27,701 nt of DNA, taken from IMG/VR virus record IMGVR_UViG_3300027956_000033, positions 1 to 27,701 of that record. One strand, given 5' to 3'. Source of the stretch: a virus (Duplodnaviria > Caudoviricetes). Of this stretch, positions 8,434 through 17,305 are shown one piece after another; the first letter of the stretch is position 1; each line of letters opens with the position of its first letter. The position numbers and the translations under genes were made by a program. The notes beneath the pieces are model-generated. The model worked only from the letters and a program-made list of their open reading frames with translations. It was not told where the DNA came from and searched no databases.

Positions 8434-9552
8434 GTGGTAAGCGCACCCCCGCTGCTGCCGCTGTCGAGTTCGCCGCCGTCGTATTCACCGCCGCTGGTTC
8501 CGCCAAATACGGTTCCACCGCTGCAGCCGACGCCGCCTCCGCTCGAGCCGAGTCCGCCAGCACCGTGGACCGGTCCGCCAGGACCACCAGGACCACAGGG
8601 CGAGCAGGGTCCGACGGGGGCCACCGGTCCGCAGGGCGAACAGGGTGATACCGGCCCGCAGGGGGCGCAGGGCGAACAGGGCGAGCAGGGAATCCAGGGT
8701 CCGCCAGGTGGCGCTCCGTCCTGGCAGGGCGAGTGGTCGGCGGCGGTCGACTACGCCAGCAACGACGCGGTCAGCCTGGACGGTTCGAGCTTCTATGCTG
8801 CGGGCGATCCGTCACTCGGCACCGCGCCACCATCGGCACCGTGGCAGCAGATCGCGGCCAAAGGCGACACCGGCCCGCAGGGCGTCCAGGGGCCGCAAGG
8901 TATCCAGGGACCGGTTGGCCCGCAGGGCGACCAGGGGCCGACCGGCGCGCAGGGCGCAACGGGTGCCACAGGGGCGCAAGGTATTCAGGGTCCAGCAGGC
9001 GCGACTGGTCCAGAGGGACCGCAGGGTGATCCTGGTCCGCAGGGCGCTACAGGCACAACGGGCGCGCAGGGTCCGAAGGGGGACACTGGCGATACCGGCG
9101 CGCAAGGCATTCAGGGTCCGCAGGGCATTCAGGGCGTACCAGGAACGCCAGGTGCCGCGGGCGAGAAGTGGTTCACCCAGGCCGGCGCACCGGCAGGTGG
9201 CACTGGCGTCGTCGGTGACTGGTCGCTTAACTCAACGAACGGCGACTACTACGAGAAGACGGGTGCCTCAGCCTGGACGCTGCGCGGGAACCTGCGCGGC
9301 CCGCAAGGGATTCAAGGCATCCAGGGACCAGCGGGTACGACGGGCTCGCAGGGGCCAGCCGGTCCTGGCGTCCCGACAGGCGGCACCACCGGCCAGATTT
9401 TGGCGAAGACCAGCGCGACGGACTTCGCGACGGCGTGGCAGAACGTCATCGTGACGCAGACGATGTGGGATGCGCTGGTCGCGCGGGTGGCGGCGCTCGA
9501 GGCGCGGCCAGTTATCAATTCCATTGACGACCTGGTGTACGGGCCAGCCTGA
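8434..9552 (+). CDS. Collagen-like fibre protein with a CBM5/12-like insert, 372 aa
   Basis: Long Gly-X-Y runs ([12 protein letters not shown]); [24 protein letters not shown]...PW module; [13 protein letters not shown] and [10 protein letters not shown] motifs typical of phage fibres. Confidence 0.85.
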   Translation: MVSAPPLLPLSSSPPSYSPPLVPPNTVPPLQPTPPPLEPSPPAPWTGPPGPPGPQGEQGPTGATGPQGEQGDTGPQGAQGEQGEQGIQGPPGGAPSWQGEWSAAVDYASNDAVSLDGSSFYAAGDPSLGTAPPSAPWQQIAAKGDTGPQGVQGPQGIQGPVGPQGDQGPTGAQGATGATGAQGIQGPAGATGPEGPQGDPGPQGATGTTGAQGPKGDTGDTGAQGIQGPQGIQGVPGTPGAAGEKWFTQAGAPAGGTGVVGDWSLNSTNGDYYEKTGASAWTLRGNLRGPQGIQGIQGPAGTTGSQGPAGPGVPTGGTTGQILAKTSATDFATAWQNVIVTQTMWDALVARVAALEARPVINSIDDLVYGPA

Positions 9553-10592
9553 TGCCTTCACTTGCTCAGTACCGCCGCGCGGTCGCAGTTGAGAGTGGCC
9601 CGTACATCGGGCCCGAGAGCTACGTCGTCCGCGCGACCAGTGGCTCGGATACGACCAAGATCGTGTGCTCGGCGTACCCGATTCGATCAGGCATCCCGCA
9701 GGCCGACATGTACGTCGAGCGACCGCTGTACCGTCCGGACGCGCAGCGTCTTGAGGATCGCAACCGTTACGTGATGATGTACGACCCGCCGACGGGAACG
9801 CTCGAGCCCGATCTGCCGTGGACCTTGCCGCCGATCGCGCCACCGGGCGGGTCGACGTACGAGAACATGGAGGCGTACCAGTACGGCGGCTCGGACATGC
9901 CGCCATTTGGCGGGCTGGAGATGTTCCAGTACGAAGAGCTCGAAGACCTGGGCGCGACCGGCGTGGGCGAGCGGTTCGAGATCCTGGGCCCGTTCGACGT
10001 CCCGACGCTGCACCAGTTGATCAACGATGGGCTGAAGCAGTGCTGGATGGTAGTCGAGGTCGCGTGTGTGACGACGCCAGGTGCCTCACGTCACTCGCTG
10101 GAGATCGTCTCACCATGGCTGCAAGACGCCAACCATGTGCGGCAGGCCGGCGTTTTGACCTACGGTGAGGATCGTAACCAGGCTGATCCGTTCGATCGGA
10201 TCGTGCATGGCGCCGTCGAGCGTGACGGCGGCACTTTCTACTTCAACACCGATCGGCGCACGTTCGCGGAAGGCGACATTCTGTTCCTGCGCTGCTACAA
10301 GCGCGCATACGACCACTGCCGCCCCGCGGGCGGCGTGTACGGCGACAAGTCGGGGCTGGAGCTCGATACCGATGAGGCGCCGATCGAGCGGGATTGGCTA
10401 GCGTCGAGCGCGCTTACGGTGGGTTGGCGGCGTTTCGCGCACATTCTCGAACCGCAGGCGAACCAGCGCCTGATCCGCGACCAGGTAAGCGCCGCGGCGT
10501 GGTTCACCGATCGCAGTCGGCAGCACTTCACCGCGGTCGCACCGACGCTGACGTTCCGCCCCGCGCGGCGGTTCGGGCCGGTCCACGTATGA
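9552..10592 (+). CDS. Putative head-tail adaptor/tail protein, 346 aa
   Basis: TGATG coupling; lies between the fibre and the nozzle-like gene; INDGLKQCW helix typical of adaptors; function inferred. Confidence 0.5.
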   Translation: MPSLAQYRRAVAVESGPYIGPESYVVRATSGSDTTKIVCSAYPIRSGIPQADMYVERPLYRPDAQRLEDRNRYVMMYDPPTGTLEPDLPWTLPPIAPPGGSTYENMEAYQYGGSDMPPFGGLEMFQYEELEDLGATGVGERFEILGPFDVPTLHQLINDGLKQCWMVVEVACVTTPGASRHSLEIVSPWLQDANHVRQAGVLTYGEDRNQADPFDRIVHGAVERDGGTFYFNTDRRTFAEGDILFLRCYKRAYDHCRPAGGVYGDKSGLELDTDEAPIERDWLASSALTVGWRRFAHILEPQANQRLIRDQVSAAAWFTDRSRQHFTAVAPTLTFRPARRFGPVHV

Positions 10593-12499
10593 GCATCTAT
10601 TCGGCTAGGAAAAGTCCATTTCCCTATCACCTGAAGATCGGTGCGACCGGACTGTTGCTCGGTTCGGCGGGACCAAACAAGCCGATGCTGGTGTCGAGCA
10701 AGACGCAGGACATCAGTCAGGTGTCGCCGCCGGACTTCAGCTATGCGGGCACCAGTCCTATCAGCGATCGCGATCAGCCGTACGAGTCGCTCGTTTTGGG
10801 CTACGGGCTGAAGACGCAGGAGAAGTGGCAGGACTCCCGTTATGCCTACGCCAGCGCGGTCGACCTGTCGGTCTGGCCCTGGTGCAAGGGGCCGGAGATC
10901 CCGACGGTCACGCCAGCGACGTTTGACCCAACGGGGTACGCGTTCTTCTTCGAGCTCGGTGGCGTGCTGTACTGCGCGCAAGGTCGTTACGTACTGCGCC
11001 GCGACAGCGACACCGTCTGGACGATGGTCAAGGACTTCGGCGCCGCGGCCAGCGTGCTTAACGTGGCGGTGTTCGCCAGTAACTTCGACGGCATCCAACG
11101 GGCCTGGGTCGCACTGTCCAGCGGGCCGGCGCAGTATTCGAGCAACGGAACGACCTGGACGGCAATGACGACGTTTGCTGCTCTGGCGTTCGTGTCAGTT
11201 GGTCGTGAATGGTGGTGGGCCGACGATGTCAATCGTCTGCGGAAGTGCGACACCAATGCCGATCCGACGCTGGAGGCGAACTACACCAGTTTGATTTTCA
11301 GGGCGGGCGACAAACTCGCGCCGATTACGGCGCTGATGGTAACGGCGTCGGGCACGCTGATCATTGCCAAGACGGATGGTCTGTACACCCTGAATCAGGC
11401 TGGCGACGATCGCCAGTTATTCCCGTTCCTGCGGTTCGGAACGCACAGTGGCAACGGCAAGGCGTGGGGCCAGTTCGAGAACGACCTGTACACGGCGTAC
11501 ACCAACAACCTGATCAAGATCGGACCCGACCTGTCGGGCAATGAGATCGGGCCGGAGAAGCTGGTTAACAACGACTCGCCGGTGCGCGGCGCCGTCTCGG
11601 CCTTTGCCGCGGTCGGGACGCGCTTTGCGTACGTCGGCATCCACAACCAGGACACGAACACCGGCTACCTGATGAAGTATGGCGGGTACGTTGAGAAGGA
11701 CGGTCAGACCGAGCACCTGGATGCCTGGCACGGCTCGTTGTGCGTTCCGTTCAGCGGCTACATCAACCACATGTTCGTGTCGACCATCGGCGCGCCGCAG
11801 TTTCACACGCGTACCTGGCTAGTGTTCCGAGACGGCAGGATCGGCTACATGATCAATCCGTGCGTCTCGAATCCCGCGGCGTGCTCGCAGTACCGATTCC
11901 ACGTCGGGACGGGCTTTGTCGAACTGCCGCTGTGGCATGGCGGTTATCACGCTAGCGTCAAGAGCCTGCGGCACTTCTCGGTCACCGGCATGCGGCTGGA
12001 CGGGCAGAACTACGTCACCCTGGACTACAAGCTCGATCCCAAGGCGGTCCTGTTCACGGCGTTCGGCAACACGTTCGATTCTGCGACCTACGAGAGCGCG
12101 CCGTTCCCCACCGACGCCAGCGCGACGCTGGCAGTGTTCCGCGTCAACCTGACGAACACCGTCAATACGGCGTCGCCGCTGGTGTCGGCGGTGTCGATCG
12201 GGCATGCGCTGCGGCCCACGCGCTTCATGCAGGTAGAGCTCACGATCCTGTGCAGCGACGGCCTGGTGCGCCGCGACGGGGTGCCGCTGCGAATCGGGCG
12301 GCGCCAGATCCAGCGTGTGGTCGAGGAAGCGGTCGATAATCCTGGTGCGGTGACGTGCGTGCTGCCCGACGAGAGCACCCAGGATCTGTCGTTTACCGAC
12401 TACGCGATCGCGCAATCGTTCGATGAGATCGGGCGTCAGTGGCGTGGGTCGCTGACGGTTAAAGCAGTGCAGTGGAACACGGTTCTGACGGAGGTCTAA
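10589..12499 (+). CDS. Putative tail nozzle/stabilisation protein (beta-propeller-like), 636 aa
   Basis: Probable start ATG 10589 (ATGA overlap) rather than 10394; beta-rich, aromatic-rich; size and position fit a podoviral nozzle. Confidence 0.55.
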   Translation: MSIYSARKSPFPYHLKIGATGLLLGSAGPNKPMLVSSKTQDISQVSPPDFSYAGTSPISDRDQPYESLVLGYGLKTQEKWQDSRYAYASAVDLSVWPWCKGPEIPTVTPATFDPTGYAFFFELGGVLYCAQGRYVLRRDSDTVWTMVKDFGAAASVLNVAVFASNFDGIQRAWVALSSGPAQYSSNGTTWTAMTTFAALAFVSVGREWWWADDVNRLRKCDTNADPTLEANYTSLIFRAGDKLAPITALMVTASGTLIIAKTDGLYTLNQAGDDRQLFPFLRFGTHSGNGKAWGQFENDLYTAYTNNLIKIGPDLSGNEIGPEKLVNNDSPVRGAVSAFAAVGTRFAYVGIHNQDTNTGYLMKYGGYVEKDGQTEHLDAWHGSLCVPFSGYINHMFVSTIGAPQFHTRTWLVFRDGRIGYMINPCVSNPAACSQYRFHVGTGFVELPLWHGGYHASVKSLRHFSVTGMRLDGQNYVTLDYKLDPKAVLFTAFGNTFDSATYESAPFPTDASATLAVFRVNLTNTVNTASPLVSAVSIGHALRPTRFMQVELTILCSDGLVRRDGVPLRIGRRQIQRVVEEAVDNPGAVTCVLPDESTQDLSFTDYAIAQSFDEIGRQWRGSLTVKAVQWNTVLTEV

Positions 12500-13198
12500 A
12501 TGGCGCGAATCGAAACTGATCCGAACTACACCATCCCGACGTTTTCGCGGGCAACTGCGCCTACGGACCTGTTCAAGGCGACCGACGTCCAGGGGCTGGC
12601 GGCGGCGATGAGCACGCATAACCATGATGGAGCCGGGAAAGGGCTGGTCCTCGCCGCCGGCACCATCACTGGCAGCATGATCGCCGCGGGCACGATCACC
12701 GCCACCAACATCCTGACTGGCACGATCGACAACTCGAAGCTCCAGGACGGCACGATCGAGTCGAACAAGATCAAGGACGGCACGATCGTTACGGGAGATA
12801 TGGCCGACGGGTCGGTCACGTCATTCGTCAACGCAGGGGGGTTCATCAGTCCTTCGACTACAAGCACAAGCCCGGTACTCATTCCGAGCCTGGTGACCCC
12901 GTCGATGTCCGTTCAAGGCGGGCGCGCCATATTGGTCAGCGGGCACATAACGGTGCAGTATTCCTCAGTCTCGAACTGCAATCTGTTCCTGTACCGCGAT
13001 TCGACGCAGCTTGGTGCGCTGGCGATCGCGCAATCGGCGTCCGCTTCGCAGATCCTGCCGCTGGCGTTTACGTACATGGACAACGGAGCCACCGCCGGTG
13101 CGCATACGTGGAGTCTGTACTGGTCGACCAGCGGTCCGTCTATCTCCCTGGTGGGTGCGGCCTACTCCGAAATATGGGCGATGGATATCAAGCGATGA
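12500..13198 (+). CDS. Putative short tail fibre/receptor-binding protein, 232 aa
   Basis: SD GGAGG; HNHDG motif, 10-residue repeats (GTITGSMIAA, GTIDNSKLQD, GTIESNKIKD), C-terminal beta-sandwich-like region. Confidence 0.65.
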   Translation: MARIETDPNYTIPTFSRATAPTDLFKATDVQGLAAAMSTHNHDGAGKGLVLAAGTITGSMIAAGTITATNILTGTIDNSKLQDGTIESNKIKDGTIVTGDMADGSVTSFVNAGGFISPSTTSTSPVLIPSLVTPSMSVQGGRAILVSGHITVQYSSVSNCNLFLYRDSTQLGALAIAQSASASQILPLAFTYMDNGATAGAHTWSLYWSTSGPSISLVGAAYSEIWAMDIKR

Positions 13199-13545
13199 CG
13201 ACACTCGAAACCATCGGGCGATCGACGGGCGGCAAGCCGATCAATTTGAGCCAGCTACAGGACGAGCTCGTCGCGGGCGGCGTGGCTACCGGCGACGGGC
13301 TTGGCATGAGCGGCGAGTACGTGTATGCGTACGACGCCAGCGGTCTGCCGTCGGACTTTGACGAGGCGCAGCGGGCGACCGCCGACCAGGTCATTGCCGA
13401 CCATGTCGGCATGCGCGACAAGACGACCGAAGAATACGCCGACGAGTTTCAAGCTGAAGGCACAACCGCGGCGCGCAAACAGGAGATCCGCGACATTCAA
13501 AGTGGGCTGCTGCCGCCCGAACAGGTGCCGATGGAGACGACATGA
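13195..13545 (+). CDS. Hypothetical tail-associated protein, 116 aa
   Basis: ATGA coupling at 13195; INLSQLQDEL and IADH motifs. Confidence 0.65.
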   Translation: MTTLETIGRSTGGKPINLSQLQDELVAGGVATGDGLGMSGEYVYAYDASGLPSDFDEAQRATADQVIADHVGMRDKTTEEYADEFQAEGTTAARKQEIRDIQSGLLPPEQVPMETT

Positions 13546-13721
13546 ACGAGGACGAGATCAACCTCAAGCTCGACCAGCTATCGCAGCAGCAGAGTTTCCA
13601 GACAAACGCCATTCGCGCGGCGCTCGAAGCACGCTGGTCAGGCGGCGCCGACACGGTCGACGGGTGGGTCAAAGCCCTCGATCCGTCGATCGAGACGAAC
13701 CCGCAAACGCCGCTGTACTGA
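13542..13721 (+). CDS. 59-aa protein paralogous to the N-terminal module of the downstream amidase
   Basis: Missing from the ORF track; SD GGAG; MNEDEINLKLDQLSQQQSFQTNAIRAALEARWSGGADTVDGWVKALDPSIETNPQTPLY; overlaps neighbours at both ends. Confidence 0.8.
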   Translation: MNEDEINLKLDQLSQQQSFQTNAIRAALEARWSGGADTVDGWVKALDPSIETNPQTPLY

Positions 13722-14455
13722 TGCCGACGATCGAGCAGCGCATCGGCCAGTTGTCCGAGCAGCAGGGCTGTATCACGCGTGCGCTGGCGTGCATGGGCGA
13801 TGGTCGCTGGACGTGCGCCCAGGCCGGTGCCGACAGTGTCGAGGGCTGGCTCCTGGCGCTGAATCCGACCTGGCAGGGGCAGCTTCTGCCGACGGCGCCG
13901 CTGTACACCATGCCCGACCCGCCGCTGATCCTGCCCGCCGACGTCGAATGGATCGGTTCTCCGAACCACTACAACGGCAGGGCGGGCCACCAGGTGGTGG
14001 CGATTGTGATTCACACGATGGCCGGCAGTCTGGAAAGCTGCGATAGCTGGTTTCAGAACCCTGCGAGCCAGGTGAGCTCGCACTACGGCATCGGGCTGGC
14101 AGGCGAGATTCACCAGTACGTCAGTCTGTGGGACGGCTCCTGGGCGAACGGCGTGCTCGAGCCGGGCAACGATTGGACGCCGCTGGTCGGCAATAGCTCC
14201 AATCCCAACTATCAGACCGTCACGATCGAGACGGAAGACAACGGCCACGGCTGGACGGAGGTCACCGAAGCGCAGTACCAGGGCACGCTGGCGGCGTGTC
14301 GATTGGCGATGCAGAGTTATCCGCAGGTGTTCTACCTGTTCGGCCACCGCATCATTTCGCCGCAGTCGCGGCCACAGTGCTGCGGCGATCGCTGGTGGGA
14401 GAGCGGCAGCTTTCAGCGTCTGGCCGACGAGCTCGATCTGGAGGCGCATTTCTGA
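13721..14455 (+). CDS. N-acetylmuramoyl-L-alanine amidase (Amidase_2-type), probable endolysin, 244 aa
   Basis: IVIHTMAG, VSSHYGIG..GEIHQYV, TIETE, GHRII...PQCCG motifs; TGATG coupling gives start 13721. Confidence 0.88.
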   Translation: MPTIEQRIGQLSEQQGCITRALACMGDGRWTCAQAGADSVEGWLLALNPTWQGQLLPTAPLYTMPDPPLILPADVEWIGSPNHYNGRAGHQVVAIVIHTMAGSLESCDSWFQNPASQVSSHYGIGLAGEIHQYVSLWDGSWANGVLEPGNDWTPLVGNSSNPNYQTVTIETEDNGHGWTEVTEAQYQGTLAACRLAMQSYPQVFYLFGHRIISPQSRPQCCGDRWWESGSFQRLADELDLEAHF

Positions 14456-14628
14456 TGTCCACGCTCGCCATCATCCTGATCATCCTGCTGGTGCTCTTGC
14501 TGTTCGGCGGCTATGTGGGCCGCGGCAGCTACGGCAGCAATGCGTACTACGGACCTGGCCTGGGCCTGATCGGGCTGGTGATCATCATCGTGCTCATCCT
14601 GGTGCTGACCGGCAACCTCAGCCTCTAG
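14455..14628 (+). CDS. Small two-TM membrane protein (DUF3309-like), holin candidate, 57 aa
   Basis: MSTLAIILIILLVLLLFGG...YYGPGLGLIGLVIIIVLILVLTG; TGATG coupling to the amidase. Confidence 0.75.
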   Translation: MSTLAIILIILLVLLLFGGYVGRGSYGSNAYYGPGLGLIGLVIIIVLILVLTGNLSL

Positions 14629-14634
14629 TCGGCG

Positions 14635-14871
14635 GTGAACATGGTCCACGCGCTGTGGGCGGCGGTCCAGGGCGACCCGCGCGCGATGCGGATTCTCCAC
14701 GGCTGGCTGACCGTCGCGTGGTTCGCCGCGGCGTTTCCGATCATGATCTTCTGGAGCGAGAACATCCAGTTCCTGGTCTTCGTCAGCGTGTACGCCGTTG
14801 TCACCGGTCACTGGTCAAGCTGGCAGGCGGCGCGGGTCGAAGAGAAGCAGGACGAGAGCAGTGGCACGTAG
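14635..14871 (+). CDS. Two-TM membrane protein, holin candidate, 78 aa
   Basis: Two hydrophobic segments, charged C-terminal tail; in the lysis region. Confidence 0.7.
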   Translation: MNMVHALWAAVQGDPRAMRILHGWLTVAWFAAAFPIMIFWSENIQFLVFVSVYAVVTGHWSSWQAARVEEKQDESSGT

Positions 14872-14873
14872 GC

Positions 14874-15065
14874 GTGGAGGACGCTGACGGCGCCGATCCG
14901 CGGCACTCCAGCTTCAGGCTCGAGGTAGCGATTTCGATTGGCTACCAGCGGCGACGGACGACGCTGGCCGGTAAGTGGGAGGGACCGCTGGTGACCGCGG
15001 TCCTCCTTGTCGCAAGCATCGCTATTGTGGCGTTCATCGTGCTTCAGGTGTTTCGGTGGGTGTGA
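14874..15065 (+). CDS. Single-TM membrane protein, 63 aa
   Basis: GTG 2 nt after the previous stop; C-terminal hydrophobic helix LVTAVLLVASIAIVAFIVLQVF. Confidence 0.55.
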   Translation: MEDADGADPRHSSFRLEVAISIGYQRRRTTLAGKWEGPLVTAVLLVASIAIVAFIVLQVFRWV

Positions 15066-15066
15066 C

Positions 15067-15210
15067 GTGCGCCAGCGGGGCCAGGAATCGGTCGAGTATG
15101 CGCTCCTGGTCGCGACGGTCGCACTACTGGTGCTGATCGGCGTTCCTGTGTTCGGCGGGGTAGTTCGCGCCTGGTTCGATGCACTCCTGCAGCGCATCAT
15201 CTCTAGCTAG
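15067..15210 (+). CDS. flp: Flp/Tad (type IVb/IVc) prepilin-like protein, 47 aa
   Basis: MRQRG|QESVEYALLVATVALLVLIGVPVFGGVVRAWFDALLQRIISS: basic leader, Gly-1, Glu+5, Tyr+6, hydrophobic helix, amphipathic tail with Phe. Confidence 0.8.
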   Translation: MRQRGQESVEYALLVATVALLVLIGVPVFGGVVRAWFDALLQRIISS

Positions 15211-15284
15211 TGGCGATAGTGTGCCCAGGCGCCGATGGCGACGATGCACGCCAGCAGCACCAGGACAACGACGGAGTCAGGCAC
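15207..15284 (-). CDS. Tiny single-TM peptide, 25 aa (MPDSVVVLVLLACIVAIGAWAHYRH)
   Basis: GTG overlaps the end of the upstream minus-strand gene; stop overlaps the flp stop in CTAG. Confidence 0.45.
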   Translation of the reverse strand: MPDSVVVLVLLACIVAIGAWAHYRH

Positions 15285-15405
15285 GGAACACCATCGCGAT
15301 CGCCATGTAGATCGCCCATAGCTGGTGCGCCACGGTCGAGACGGTCAGGAGGACGAGGCAGGCCAGCATGGCGTACGCGACCAGGGGGTGGACTTCACCG
15401 TCCAT
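15277..15405 (-). CDS. Small hydrophobic membrane protein, 42 aa
   Basis: MDGEVHPLVAYAMLACLVLLTVSTVAHQLWAIYMAIAMVFRA; TGATG coupling. Confidence 0.55.
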   Translation of the reverse strand: MDGEVHPLVAYAMLACLVLLTVSTVAHQLWAIYMAIAMVFRA

Positions 15406-15854
15406 CAGAGGTCCGTCCAGCCGCGGTCGGGGGTCCAGACCGCCGTTCCGCTCGGGTGGGCCTGCCAGAAGATCTCTTCCTCGAGCGCCATCTTCAGCGC
15501 GTCCCTCGGCGGCTCCTGGACGAAGTACATCTCCAGCGCGGCGACGTCTGCGGGCCGCAGGCTACGCGTTTCGCCGGTGTCGTCGGTACGGACGATGACG
15601 ATCGGGCCGGCGAGGCGGCTGTGGCCCAGGTGCGCCGCGAAGCGGTTCGGCTCGGGCCGATCCTCGCGGATCAGCGCGTCGTCGTCGCAGAAGGCGTAGA
15701 AGCCCTGGCGGCGCAGGCTCGGCGGCAGGCCGCAGGTGCCGAGGTTCCCGCCGACCAGGCGCAGCAGTTCGCGGTAGTCGTCGCCGTCGATCTTCTCGGA
15801 GCGCAGCGGTGCTGCCCCTCCAGGCAGCACCAGCACAGTCACCGGGCGGGTCAT
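15405..15854 (-). CDS. DUF3846-like protein, 149 aa
   Basis: YRELLRLVGG, AFCDDDA...PEPN..A, LAGPIVIV..D..GE..SL pattern; ATGA coupling at 15854. Confidence 0.7.
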   Translation of the reverse strand: MTRPVTVLVLPGGAAPLRSEKIDGDDYRELLRLVGGNLGTCGLPPSLRRQGFYAFCDDDALIREDRPEPNRFAAHLGHSRLAGPIVIVRTDDTGETRSLRPADVAALEMYFVQEPPRDALKMALEEEIFWQAHPSGTAVWTPDRGWTDL

Positions 15855-16708
15855 GGCAGTTTTTTGGCGACGCTGATGACGTCGCCGTCGGTGACCGACG
15901 CCGCGGCAGCATTGAAGTCTTTGGCGGCGACGATCGTCGTTTCGGTCCTGGTGACCGTGTAGGTGACCACCCATTCGATCAACCCGGAAACCACCCCGTT
16001 AGCGGGTGTTTCCGCAACCTTGGGCGGAGAAACTGGCACCGTGCTAGGCATCTGAAATTGCTCCTTTTTTGGCTCTCTGTTGGGGCCGCGGTTCGTCCCG
16101 CGGCGGGGCACGCCAGCGGCGTCGAGCGTCTCGTACAGGCGGGTCGTACCGATGTTGTAGGCGCGCATGATCTCGGCAATCGTCTCGCCGGCGACGTACG
16201 CGTCGATGACTTCCTGGCGCTCTTCGAGCGACAGCGGCGGTCGAAAATTGGGCGGGGCGTCGGAAACGGGAGTTTCCTCCTTTGGTGGCGGAACGACGGC
16301 GTCGTAGTGGGGTAAACCGCGGGGCATTACCGACTTGAGAATCATCTCGTCTGCGATCTGCGCGGGCGTTTTGCCGGCATCGATCCCTTTCTCAATTTCG
16401 CGATCGAACTCGGCGTCGATGACGACGTCCAGGACGGCATCGCGAACACTGATTGGCTTGATCAACGGGTCAGGTCGTTCCACGATCTGCGGTTCTTTGA
16501 GGTCGACTTCGTTGATCAGCGCGCGGTTCGACGGTGATAGGTGCAGGCGCTTGAGCTCTTTGCGCCGTTTCACTTCGGCCCTTTCTGCCTGCAGCGCAGG
16601 CTTGATGTACTGGAAGTAGCAGTGCGCGCACTGGTCGTGGCCGGCGTGCGCGGTGCCCATGCAGCCCTCTCCGCGGTACTGGCACTTGCGGTGAGAGGAC
16701 GAGGCCAC
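15851..16708 (-). CDS. Putative DNA-binding protein: N-terminal Cys4 Zn finger plus HTH, 285 aa
   Basis: CQYRGEGC...CAHC; HTH-like EVIDAYVAGETIAEIMRAYNIGTTRLYETLDAAGVPRRG. Confidence 0.7.
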   Translation of the reverse strand: MASSSHRKCQYRGEGCMGTAHAGHDQCAHCYFQYIKPALQAERAEVKRRKELKRLHLSPSNRALINEVDLKEPQIVERPDPLIKPISVRDAVLDVVIDAEFDREIEKGIDAGKTPAQIADEMILKSVMPRGLPHYDAVVPPPKEETPVSDAPPNFRPPLSLEERQEVIDAYVAGETIAEIMRAYNIGTTRLYETLDAAGVPRRGTNRGPNREPKKEQFQMPSTVPVSPPKVAETPANGVVSGLIEWVVTYTVTRTETTIVAAKDFNAAAASVTDGDVISVAKKLP

Positions 16709-16709
16709 G

Positions 16710-17042
16710 TCAGTGGCCTGTCCTACTAGCTGCGCGCTCTTTCTCGGCTGCGGCCTGGAGCTTGGGGACGACCTGGTCGCGCCATCCCTGCTTCGTCTCG
16801 TCGGTCCAGGAGCGCACCGCGGGATTCTTCACGAGCTCTCCGAGCATGTTCAGCAGCGCGCCGAGCGGGGCGTAGGTGCGAACCGTGGCATGCGCGCCTT
16901 CGACGCCCCATCCGCGGATCTCGACTTTGCTCTGCCCGTCGTAATCCGCGAGCAGGGTGACGATGTCAGCGGTGTTGACGTACAGCGACGGTATCTCGCG
17001 CCCGTCAAACTGAAGGCGCGGCAGTTCAAGGAATGAGTTCAT
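16710..17042 (-). CDS. Hypothetical protein, 110 aa
   Basis: Tiles the minus-strand operon. Confidence 0.65.
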   Translation of the reverse strand: MNSFLELPRLQFDGREIPSLYVNTADIVTLLADYDGQSKVEIRGWGVEGAHATVRTYAPLGALLNMLGELVKNPAVRSWTDETKQGWRDQVVPKLQAAAEKERAASRTGH

Positions 17043-17056
17043 GCGAGATCGGGGGC

Positions 17057-17305
17057 TTACGCCCCCGCCTCCTTTCCCAAGGTGTCGAGTACACGGCTGA
17101 TTTCGGCCAGCCCATCGTCCGCGCGCAGGTAGGCAAGGTGGTAGAGGGCTTCGCTGCCGTTGTCCTGGCGAACGACCACGTACGCGCCGTTGTCGACGTT
17201 GTTGCGGTCGCGCTGATCGGGCTTGCGGTTATCCAAAGTGCGTACGTCGGCAAGAGTGCCGATCCGCAGCAGTTCAACGGGATCTCCCCATCGTCCGTAG
17301 ATCAT
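17057..17305 (-). CDS. Hypothetical protein, 82 aa
   Basis: SD GGAGG and TGATG coupling at 17305. Confidence 0.65.
   Translation of the reverse strand: MIYGRWGDPVELLRIGTLADVRTLDNRKPDQRDRNNVDNGAYVVVRQDNGSEALYHLAYLRADDGLAEISRVLDTLGKEAGA

Noticed and set aside
8575-9370. Repetitive GGxCCGCAG units resembling an array
   Set aside because: Explained by Gly-X-Y collagen coding; no constant repeat with unique spacers, so not CRISPR
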